Source of the DNA: Macrostomum lignano
Taxonomy: Eukaryota
Direction: 5' to 3'
DNA length: 64,000 bases
Assembly: GCA_002269645.1 (NCBI GenBank)
Contig: NIVC01000952.1
Span: 524,967-588,966 of the forward strand
Shown: in pieces, positions 42,201-54,200 of the stretch
How the letters are laid out: each line of letters opens with the position of its first letter
Position numbering within the stretch: position 1 is the first letter of the stretch
Position numbers and translations under genes: made by a program
The notes under the pieces: generated by a model
Seen by the model: only the letters and a program-made list of their open reading frames with translations
Told to the model about the DNA's origin: nothing
The model's database searches: none

Positions 42201-45200
42201 TGCGAGATTCTCAGGTTGATTTATGCGAGATTCTCAGGTTGATTTATGCGAGATTCTCAGATTGATTTTGCGAGATTCTCAGGTTGATTTATGCGGGATT
42301 CTCAGGTTGATTTATGCGGGATTCTCAGGTTGATTTATGTGAGATTCTCAGATTGATTTTGCGAGATTCTCAGGTGGATGTATGCGAGATTCTCAGATTG
42401 ATTTATGCGAGATTCTCAGGTGGATTTATGCGAGATTCTCAGGTTGATTTATGCGAGATTCTCAGGTAGATTTATGCAAGATTCTCAAGTAGATTTATGC
42501 GAGATTCTCAGGTAGATTTATGCGAGATTCTCAGGTTGATTTATGTGAGATTCTCAGGTAGATTTATGAGAGATTCTCAGGTGGATTTATGCGAGATTGT
42601 CAGGTGGATTTATGCGAGATTGTCAGGTGGATTTATGCGAGATTGTCAGGTAGATTTATGTGAGATTCTCAGGTAGATTTATGTGAGATTCTCAGGTAGA
42701 TTAATGCGAGATTCTCAGGTAGGACTAGCAATCTTCGCCCCCCGTTGGGGGACATCTGTATAGAACCTCTGTTCTCTACAAGTAACAAAAAGATAGCCAA
42801 AAAAAGCCTTCACAAAAAAAGACAAAATACTCAAAGGAAGTGCAATGCAAAAAGAAATCATCCCAAGACAGCAAGCATCCCCCAGATAGCAAGCGTCCGC
42901 CAGATAGCAAGCATCCCCTACATAGATAGCATCCCCAAATAGCAAGCATCCACCAGACAATAAGTAGCTAGTGCGACAATTTCCTTAGCATTATAGTGGC
43001 TCCTTTAAAATTCGCTTACTTTATGTTTGAAATTGTGTAAATTTTATGTTTGACATGGTGGCTGTTTTATGTTCTACATGGCAACTGTTTTATGTTTGAA
43101 ACGATGGCTTTTTAATGTCAGACATGGTGGCTCTTTTATGTTTTACATGGTGGCTCTTTTATGTTTGACATGGTGCCTCTTTATTGTTTGACATGGTGGC
43201 TCTTTAATGTTTAACCTGGTGGCTCTTGTTTGAAACAGTGGCTCTTTTATGTTTGACACAGTGGCTCTTTAATGTTCGACAAAGTGGCTATTTAATGTTT
43301 GACAAGGTGGCTTTTAAATGTTTGACATGGTGGCTCCTTAATGTTCGAAATGGTGGCTCTTTAATGTTTGACATAAAGACACATATATAATTGACATGGT
43401 GGCTCTTAAATGTTTGACATGGTGGCTCTTTAATGTTCGAGAAAGTGGCTCTTTAATGTTTTTCATGGTATGGCTCTTTTATGTTCGACATGGTGGCTCT
43501 TTTAGGTTTGACATGGTGGCTCTTAAATGTTTGACATGGTGACTCTTTAATGTTTCAAATGGTGGCTCTTTAATGTTTTACATGGTGGCTCTTAAATGTT
43601 TGACATGGTGGCTCTTAAATGTTTGACATGGTAGCTCTTTAATATTCTACATTGTGGCTCTTAAGTGTTCGAAATGGTGGATCTTTTAGGTTTGACATGA
43701 TGGCTGTTTAATGTTCAACATAGTGGCTCTTTAATATTCTACATGGTGGCTCTTTTATGTTTAGCATGGTGGCTCTTAAATGTTTGACATGGTGGCTCTT
43801 TAATGTTCGAAATGGTGGCTCTTTTGTTTTACATGGTGGCTCTTTAATGTTTGACATGGTGGCTCTTTAATGTTTGACATAAAGTCACTTATATGTTTGA
43901 AATGGTGGCTCTTTAATATTTTACATTGTGGCTCTTAAGTGTTCGACATAGTGGCTCTTTTAGGTTTAACATGGTGGCTCTTTTAGGTTTAACATGGTGG
44001 CTCTTAAATGTTCGACATGGTGGCTCTTTAATGTTCGACATGGTGGCTTTTTAATATTCTTCATGTTATAGCTCTTTCATGTTTGACATGGTGGCTCTTT
44101 AATGTTCGACATGGTGGCTCTTTAATGTTCGAAATGGTGGCTCTTTAATGTTTGACACAAAGTCACATATATGTTTGACATGGTGGCTCTTAAATGTTTG
44201 ACATGGTGGCTCTTTATGTTTGACATGTTGGCTCTTTTATGTTTGACATGTTGGCTCCTTTATGTTTGACATGGTGGCTCTTTAATGTTCGAAAAAGTGG
44301 CTCCTAAATGTTTGACATAGTGGCTCTTTGATGTTCGAAATAGTGGCTCTTTTATGGTCGACATGGTGGCTCTTTAATGTTCGAAATGGTGGCTCTTTAA
44401 TGTTCGAAAAAGTGGCTCTTTTATTTTCGACATGGTGGCTCTTTAATGTTCGAAATGGTGGCTGTCTAATGTTCGAAATGGTGGCTCTTTTATGTTTGAC
44501 ATAAAGTCACTTATATGTTTTACATGGTGCCTCTTAAATATTAGACATGGTGGCTCGTTTAGGTTTGACATGGTAGCTCTTTAATGTTCGACATGGTGGC
44601 TCTTTAATATTCGATATGTTGGCTCTTTATGTTTGACCTGGTGGCTCTTTTTCGTTCGAAATGGTGGCTCTTTTTTGTTCTACATGGTAACTCTTTTATA
44701 TTTGATACGGTGGCTTTTTTAAAGTCTGACATGTTGGCTCTTTTATGTTTGACATAGTGGCTCTTTAATGTTTGACAATGTGGCTTTTGAATGTTTGACA
44801 TGGTGGCTCTTTAATGATAGACATGGTGGCTCTTTAATGTACGACATAATGGCTCTTTAATGTTTGACAATGTGGCTCTTTAATGTTCGAAATGGTGGCT
44901 CTTTAATGTACGACATAATGGCTCTTTAATGTTTGACAATGTGGCTTTTGAATGTTTGACATGGTGGCTCTTTAATGTTTTGACATGGTGGCTCTTTAAT
45001 GTTAGACAAAGTGGCTTTTTAATGTTTGACATGGTGGCTCTTTTATGTTTGACATGGTGGCTCTTTACTGTTTGAAATGGTGGCCCTTTAATGTTCGAAA
45101 TGGTGGCTCTTTTATGTTTGACATGGTGGCTCTTTTAGGTTTGACATGATGGCACTTTTATGTTTTAACATGGTAGCTCTTAAATGTTTGACATGGTAGC

Positions 45201-48200
45201 TCTTAAATGTTTGACATGGTAGCTCTTTTATGTTCGACATGGTGGCTCTTTATTGTTTGACATGGTGGCTCTTTAATGTTTAACCTGGTGGCTCTTTTAT
45301 GTTTGACACGGTGGCTTTTAATGTCTGACATGGTGGCTCTTTTATGTTTTACATGGTGGCTCTTCTATGTTTGACATGGTGGCTCTTTATTGTTTGACAA
45401 AGTGGCTATTTAATGTTCGAAATGGTGGCTCTTTAAAGTTTGACATAAAGTCACATATATGTTTGAGATGGTGGCTCTTAAATGTTTGACATGGTGGCTC
45501 TTTAATGTTTGACATGGTGGCTCTTTAATGTTTGACATAGTGGCTCTTTAATGTTCTACATGGTGGCTCTTTTATGTTCGACATGGTGGCTTTTTAATGT
45601 TTGACATGGTGGCTCTTTTATGTTTGACATGGTGGCTCTTTACTGTTTGAAATGGTGGCTCTTTAACGTTCTACATGGTAACTCTTTTATGTTTAATACG
45701 GTGGCTTTTTAATGTCTGACATGGTGGCTCTTTTATGTTTGACATGGTGGCTCTTCTATGTTTGACATGGTGGCTCTTTATTGTTTGACATGGTGGCTCT
45801 TTAATGTTTAACCTGGTGGCTCTTTTATGTTTGACACGGCGGCTCTGTAATGTTTGACAAAGTGGCTATTTAATATTCGAAATGGTGGCTCTTTAAAGTT
45901 TGACATAAAGTCACATATATGTTTGACATGGTGGCTCTTAAATGTTTGACATGGTGGCTCTTAAATGTTTGAAATGGTGGCTTTTTAATCGTTGACATGG
46001 AGTCACGTATATATTGACATAGTGCTTATTTTATGTTTGGCATGGTGGCTCTTTAATGTTCGAAATGGCTGGCTCTTTAATGTTCTTAATGGTGTCTGTT
46101 TTATGTTTGACATGGTGGCTCTTTAATGTTTGACATGGTGGCTCTTTAATGTCTTACATGGTAACTCTTTTATGTTCGATATGGTGGCTCTTTTATTTTT
46201 GACATGGTGGCTCTTTTATGTTTGACATGGTGGCTCTTTTATGTTTGACATGGTGGCTCTATAATGTTAGACATGGTGGCTCTTCAATGTTCGACATGGT
46301 GGCTCTTTAATGTTCGACATGGTGGCTCTATAATGTTAGACATGGTGGCTCTTTAATGTTCGAGCTTTCAAAAAAAACAACAGACATTCCCTCTAAAAAG
46401 AAAACATCCCAAGAGAGCAAGCATCCCCAGACGGCATGCAAGCATCCCCCAGACCGCAAGCATCCCCCAGATAGCAAGCACCCCCCCCCCCGATAGCAAG
46501 CAACCCCCAGATAGCAAGCATTCCCGGATATCAAGCAATCTCAGATAGCAAGCATCCCTGGATACAAAGAGTCCTTATAGATAGCTAGCAAACCACTCTC
46601 AGATAGCAAGTACCCACCACCCCCAAGAGCAAGCATCTCCCAATAGCAAGTTACCCTAGTAGCAAGCATATTTCCGATAGCAAGCATCCCCCTGATAGCA
46701 AGTATCTATCCTTAAATAGCAAGCATCCACCAGAGAACAAGTAGCTAGTGCAACAATTTCTATAGCTTTATAATGGCTCCATTTTGTTCGACATGACGCT
46801 TCTTTTTTTCGTTTCAAATTGTGTCTCTTTATGTTTGACATGGTGTCTCTTTTATGTTTGACATGGTGGCTCTTTTATGTTTTGGTGGCTTTTTATTGTT
46901 TGACATGGAGTCATATATATGTTTGACATGGTAGCCTTTAATGTTAGACATGGTGGCTATTTAATGTTCGACATGTTCGCCTTTAATGTTCGACATGGTG
47001 GCTCTTTAATGTTCGACATGGTGGCTCTTTTATGTTTGACATTGTGCTTCTTTTATGTTTAGCATTTTGTGTTTTTAAGGTGTTTTAATAAAAAAATCTT
47101 TTTGCACTACTAAGATTCGAACCCAGGTCGCTACATTAGCAGTCCAGTCTGTTCGCATCTAGGCTATCTCTTTTTAATTTGAGAACATGAATTGTGGCCC
47201 TTATACTTCAATTCTTACAGCAATTCAGTTAGAGTAAAAAGTTATGACACAATCAATTTCTCAGTCAGCCAGTATCAGTCTCAATTCAAGTTAGCAATAT
47301 TGGTTACGCAATTTAAATCAAGTCGTGTGCATTTCTTCGGCACTGTTTTCAACTGGTTGGGATGTAATCCTTATCACAATTGGAATTCAGTCAGTCAGTT
47401 TTTTTCTCTAGCATTCTTACAATGCATTTCAGGTCGAAAGAGCTGCTTGACCTTTGCAGAAAGCATGTTTTTCGAATATTTAATCCCTTTATCATAGAGC
47501 AATTTCTTAGCCAAGATGCATGTACCGTCCCAGGAAAATTTCTGATCGAATGGTACAAATCTGAAGAAAATCAGTTGAGCCAATTTTTCTTAAATCAATC
47601 GCATACCCATATACCCACAGACAACTCATTTTTAGTATATAGGACTAGCAATCTTCGCCCCCCGTTGGGGGACATCTGTATAGAATCTCTGTTCTCTACA
47701 AGTAATAAGAAGATAGCAAGCATCCCCCAGATAGCAAGCATCCCCCAGAGAGCAAGCATCCCCCAGATAGCAAGCATCCCCAAATAGCAAGCATCCACCA
47801 GACAATAAGTAGCTAAGTGCAACAATTTCCTTAGCTTTATAGTGGCTCCTTTAAATTGGCATGGCGCTTTATACCTTTACATTTGAAATTGTATATCTTT
47901 AATGTTTGACATGGTGGCTCTTTTATGTTGATATGGTGGCTCTTTTATGTTCTAAATGGTAGCTCTTTTATGTTCTAAATGGTAGCTCTTTTATGTTTGA
48001 TATGGTGGCTCTTTTAATGGTCGACATGGTTGGTCTTTAATGTTCTTCATGATGGCTGTTTTATGTTTGACATGGTGGCTCTTCAATGTTCGAAATGGTT
48101 GGCTCTTTAATGTTCTTAATGGTGTCTGTTTTATGTTTGACATGGTGGCTCTTTAATGTTTGACATGGTGGCTCTTTAATGTCTTACATGGTAACTCTTT

Positions 48201-51200
48201 TATGTTCGATATGGTGGCTCTTTTATTTTTGACATGGTGGCTCTTCTATGTTTGAAATTGCGCTTCTTTTATGTTTAGCAGTTTTTTGTTTTTAAGTTGT
48301 ATTAATAAAAAAATCATTTTGCGCTACTAAGATTCGAACCCAGATCGCTACATTAGCAGTCCAGTCTGTTCGCATTTAGGCTATCTTTTTTTCAATTGGA
48401 GCACATGAATTGTGGCCCTTATAATTCAATTCTTACAGCAAGTCAATTGGAGTAAAAAGTTATGACATAATCAATTTCTCAGTCAGCCAGAATCAGTCTC
48501 AATTTAAGTTAGCAATATGGTTACGCAATTTTAATCAAGTCGTGTGTGCATTTCTTCGACACTGTTTTCAATTTGTTGCGATGCAATCTTTATCAGAATT
48601 GAAATTCAGCCAGTCAGTTTTTTCTCTAGCATTCTTACAATGCATTTCAAGTCGAAATTTTTCTTGACCTTTGCAAGAAAGCATGTTTTTCGAATATTTA
48701 ATCCCTTTCACATTTAGCAATTTCTTAGCTAAGATGCATGTACCGTCCCAGAAAAATTTCTGATCGAATGGTGCAAGTTTGAAGAAAATCGGTTGAGCCG
48801 TTTTTTCTGAAATCAATCGCATACCCATATACATACATACATACATACAGACAACTCATTTTTAGGATATAGGATTTTGTGAGATTCTCAGGTAGATTTA
48901 TGTGAGATTCTCAGGTAGATTTATGTGAGATTCTCAGGTAGATTTATGTGAGATTCTCAGGTAGATTAATGCGAGATTCTCAGGTAGGATTTTGTGAGAT
49001 TCTCAGGTGGATTTATGCGAGATTGTCAGGTAGGATTTTGTGAGATTCTCAGGTGGATTTATGCGAGATTCTCAGGTAGATTTATGCGAGATTGTCAGGT
49101 AGATTTATGCGAGATTGTCAGGTAGATTTATGTGAGATTCTCAGGATGATTTATGAGAGATTCTCAGGTTGATTTATGCGAGATTCTCAGGTTGATTTAT
49201 GCGAGATTCTCAGATTGATTTATGCGGGATTCTCAGGTTGATTTATGTGAGATTCTCAGGTAGATTTATGCGAGATTGTCAGGTAGATTTATGCGAGATT
49301 GTCAGGTAGGATTTTGTGAGATTCTCAGGTTGATTTATGAGAGATTCTCAGGTAGGATTTATGCGAGATTGTCAGGTAGGATTTTGTGAGATTCTCAGGT
49401 AGATTAATGCGAGATTCTCAGGTAGGATTTTGTGAGATTCTCAGGTGGATTTATGCGAGATTGTCAGGTAGGATTTTGTGAGATTCTCAGGTTGATTTAT
49501 GCGAGATTCTCAGTTAGATTTATGCGGGATTTTCAGGTAGATTTATGCGAGATTCTCAGGTAGATTTATGCGGGATTTTCAGGTAGATTTATGCGAGATT
49601 CTCAGGTAGATTTATGCGAGATTCTCAGTTAGATTTATGCGAGATTGTCAGGTAGGATTTTGTGCGATTCTCAGGTTGATTTATGAGAGATTCTCAGGTT
49701 GATTTATGCGAGATTCTCAGGTTGATTTATGTGAGATTCTCAGGTAGATTTATGAGAGATTGTCAGGTTGATTTATGAGAGATTCTCAGGTTGATTTATG
49801 CGAGATTCTCAGGTTGATTTATGCGAGATTCTCAGGTAGATTTATGCGAGATTGTCAGGTAGATTAATGCGAGATTCTCAGGTAGATTTATGTGAGATTC
49901 TCAGGTAGATTAATGCGAGATTCTCATGAAGATTTATGCGAGATTCTCAGGTAGAATAATGCGAGATTGTCAGGTAGATTAATGCGAGATTCTCATGAAG
50001 ATTTATGTGAGATTCTCAGGTAGATTTATGCGAAATTGTCAGGTAGATTTATGCGAGATTCTCAGGTTGATTTATGCGAGATTCTCAGTTAGATTTATGC
50101 GAGATTCTCAGTTAGATTTATGCGGGATTTTCAGGTAGATTTATGCGAGATTCTCAGGTAGATTTATGCGAGATTCTCAGGTAGATTTATGCGAGATTCT
50201 CAGGTAGATTTATGCGAGATTCTCAGTTAGATTTATGCGAGATTCTCAGGTAGAATAATGCGAGATTGTCAGGTAGATTAATGCGATATTTTCAGGTAGA
50301 TTTATGCGAGATTCTCAGGTTGATTTATGCGATATTTTCAGGTAGATTTATGCGAGATTCTCAGGTAGATTTATGCGAGATTCTCAGTTAGATTTATGCG
50401 AGATTCTCAGGTAGAATAATGCGAGATTGTCAGGTAGATTAATGCGAGATTCTCAGGTAGATTTATGCGAGATTCTCAGGTAGATTTATGTGAGATTTCA
50501 GTTAGATTCGGAGATCAATAAGTTAATTATCCTTTATTAGGGCTAAACGTGACCAAGTGTCTCACCGAGTCAGAATCCATTTATAAAACTGCTTCTGTTG
50601 GCGGCTCATCTCCACGCGCAGGATGCTCTCAGTCTTGGGCGGCAGGCTTTTCTCCACATCCTTTTTCACCCGGCGCAGTAGGTACGGCTCCAGCAGCTTG
50701 TGAAGGCCTTCAAATCCTTTGTTATTGTCGCCGTGATCCTCCTCGAAGTCCGGCCAACTGTGGAATGTGTCGGGCTGGATGAAGTGCAGCAGGGCCCACA
50801 GCTCGCGCAGGCTGTTCTGCAGCGGAGTGCCCGTGACCAGCAGGCGGGTGTTGGTCTTGAAGTCGATCAGAGTCTTGTACAGCAGGCTGTCGTCATTCTT
50901 CAGACGGTGCGCCTCGTCAACGCCAAGGAGGGCCCAGGAGACGGCGCCAAGCCAGCCGCGGTCCTTCAGCAGGATCTCGTAGGTGGTCAGGCACACGTTG
51001 AATTTGAGACGCCTGTTCACCTGAATAGATGGGTTGGATTGCAGCTGTTGGCCGACTGCCTCAGTCCTTTAGATGGTTAATGGGAATTGCTCAGAGTGCC
51101 TATGGCTAAGGGGGAATTGCTGAGAGTGCCTATGCCTAAGGGGGAATTGCTGAGAGTGCCTATGCCTAAGGGGGAATTGCTGAGAGTGCCTATGCCTAAG

Positions 51201-54200
51201 GGGGAATTGCTCAGAGTGCCTGCGGCTAAGGGGGAATTGCTCAGAGTGCCTGCGGCTAAGGGGGAATTGCTCAGAGTGCCTATGCCTAAGGAGGAATTGC
51301 TCAGAGTGCCTGCGGCTTAAGGGGGAATTGCTCAGAGTGCCTGCGGCTAAGGGGGAATTGCTTAGAGTGCCTGCGGCTAAGGGGGAATTGCTCAGAGTGC
51401 CTATGCCTAAGGGGGAATTGCTCAGAGTGCCTATGCCTAAGGGGGAATTGCTCAGAGTGCCTGCGGCTAAGGGGGAATTGCTCAGAGTGCCTATGCCTAA
51501 GGGGGAATTGCTCAGAGTGCCTATGCCTGGGGGGAATTGCTCAGATGGCCTGTGGCTCATGGGGAATTGCTCAGAGTGCCTGCGGCTCATGGGGAATTGC
51601 TCAGATGGCCTGTGGCTCATGGGGAATTGCTCAGATGGCCTGTGGCTCAGGGGCAATTGCTCAGATCGCTTGCAACTTAGAGCGCATTGCTGAAGTAGCA
51701 CAAGATTCAGTTCGGGAGCCTTCAGAAAGAATCGAATATGGCAAAATATATAAAAATCATTCCATCAAATCTGGTCAATTTAACGCACCTGCTGCCATTC
51801 GTAGCTGCGAATAATATTCCTAGAGTCCACGTCGCCCAGGTACAAAATAACATTCATCTGCGGGGCCCAGTTGGCGAATTCTCGCTTCCAGCCAATCACG
51901 GTAGACAGCGGCACAACCAATAGGAACGGGCCGTAGATCTCGTGCTCGTGGAACAGCACAGATAGGAAGCAGATGGTCTGGATGGTCTTGCCGAGGCCCA
52001 TCTCGTCGGCTAGGATGGACGAGTAGCCTCTGGTCCAGGAGTGATAGAGCCAGTTCACTCCGTCTAGCTGGTAGTCCCGGAGTCGATTCTCGGCGTTCTC
52101 GGGCGACATGTACTTTGGCTGCGACTTCAGCTGGCGAAACTTTGGCCGATATTTCAACGCCTGGTTGAAGAATTGAAGAAAATATGCTTTAACGTTACTA
52201 ATAGTAGTCAAATCTTTCTAAGGCAGGGTCAGCAAAGTTTTTTACCGCAAGGGCTAGAGAGAACCTAGCGCACGACTCCGGACCAAAGGAGGGGAAAGAG
52301 AGAGAGGACAGAGAGGAGAGATAAGACATGAGTGAATAAAGGAGAAGAGAAGAGACAAAGTAGGACAGGAGAGAGGAAAGGAGAAGAGAGGAGAGAAGAG
52401 AGGAGGAGAGAAGAGGAGATGAGGGGAGAAAGGTGAAGAGAGAGAAGACAGGAGAGGAGAGAGAATAGGAGAGAGGTGGAGAGAGAAGACAGGAGAGAGA
52501 AGAGAGAAGGGAGGAAACGAGAGGAGAGAAGAAGAGAGAAGGGAGGAGAGGAGAGGAGAGGAGAGGAGAGAAGGGAGGAAACGAGAGGAGAGAAGAAGAG
52601 AGAAGGGAGGAGAGGAGAGGAGAGGAGAGAATAAGAGAGAAGGGAGGAGAGGAGAGGAGAGAAGAAGAGAGAAGGGAGGAGAGGAGAGAAGAAGAGAGAA
52701 GGGAGGAGAGGAGAGAAGAGGAGAGAAGGGAGAGAGGAGAGAAGAGGAGGAGGGAGAGGAGAAGAGAGAAGGGAGGAGAGGAGAGAAGAGGAGAGAAGGG
52801 AGGAGAGGAGAGAAGAGGAGAGAAGGGAGGAGAGGAGAGAAGAGGAGAGAAGGGAGGAGAGGAGAGAAGAGGAGAGAAGGGAGGAGAGGAGAGGAGAGAA
52901 GAGGAGAGAAGGGAGGAGAGGAAGAGAGAAGGAGAGAGGAGAGGAGAGAAGGGAGGAGAGGAGAGGAGAGGAGAGAAGAGGAGAGAAGGGAGGAGAGGAG
53001 AGGAGAGAAGAAGAGAGAAGGGAGGAGAGGAGAGGAGAGGAGAGAAGAAGAGAGAAGGGAGGAGAGGAGAGGAGAGGAGAGAAGGGAGGAGAGGAGAGGA
53101 GAGGAGAGAAGAAGAGAGAAGGGAGGAGAGGAGAGAAGGGAGGAGAGGAGAGGAGAGGAGAGAAGAAGAGAGAAGGGAGGGGAGGAGAGGAGAGAAGAAG
53201 AGAAGAGATAGGAGACTATTAGAGATGAGAGCTGACAAAGACAAAAATTCAACGGGCCGGACTGCTATTGTAAAGTTTTAAAGGACCCGAGGGTCGGATA
53301 GAGGCTTAGCTGCTCAAAAGTGTTCTCATTTAAATTCTTCAAATCAGCAGTATACTACCGAAAGTGTGAAATATTCCTTTGTTTGCGGGATATTCTCAAT
53401 TTATTCCCAAACGACTGGCAGTAGAAATACAAAAGTACAACATTTTCTAAAGCATGCTACAGTTCGAGGACGCTCGCTAACTTCTGTATTCTACCGCAGC
53501 TCTCAGAGTCAAAAATTAGAAAAATTTGGTAGCAACTCCAAAGCCAAACCTTGCAGTTCCTATTCGGCAGAGTCTGCGCCTTCAGGCGGGTCTCGTACTC
53601 CTCAACTGCGCTTAGAAACAGCTTAGTAACCAGCTGGCCGTCCTCCCAGCTGCACTCGGAGTAGGGCAGGCCGGCCCATTTGCAATAGTAGTCTGAGTAG
53701 CCGCCGGCTGGGGCCTTGGAGTGCGCCACCACCCGCTCCACCTGGCGGTGCTCGGCCAGCAGGTTCTCATTCACCTCCTCGTGGTAATTGAAGCTCTCCA
53801 GCTCCTCCGGGGTGGCCGTCTTCTTCCATTCTCTGATTTCTTCGATTCTCTGCTTGAAGTTCACGATCTTCTTCAGGCCGTCAACGCACTTGTGCGCCAG
53901 GCTGTCCATGGACTCCCAGGTGTTGTGCAGGTGCGACCAGCCGCGCCACTTGATGAAGAATTGCACATCGCCATCCTCCTGGCTCGGGTCGAAGCCGTCG
54001 TTGGGATCGCGCTCCTCCAGCACGTTGTAGAATGTGGTCTTGTCCCCGGTGGCGCCCTGGGGTGCGCAGGTTGGAGACGGGTGGATTGGGGTGGGGTGGC
54101 TCGGAGATTGGGATGGGGTGGCTGGCGATTGGGGTGGGGTGGCTGACGATTGGGGTGGGTGGCTGGGAGATTGGGGTGGGGTGGCTGGGGGATTGGGTCG

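Noticed and set aside
42725-48874. Helitron unit A is exactly 4x unit B in length (4,920 versus 1,230 bp)
   Set aside because: The internal structure is not four B units; treated as coincidence.
41714-50508. CRISPR-like regular repeats
   Set aside because: Contiguous units with no unique spacers, in a spliceosomal intron, with no cas genes.
52198-53252. Leu/Ser/Pro-rich ORFs resembling TM proteins
   Set aside because: Antisense reading of the GA-rich intron; the same applies to 28279-28689 and 343-672.
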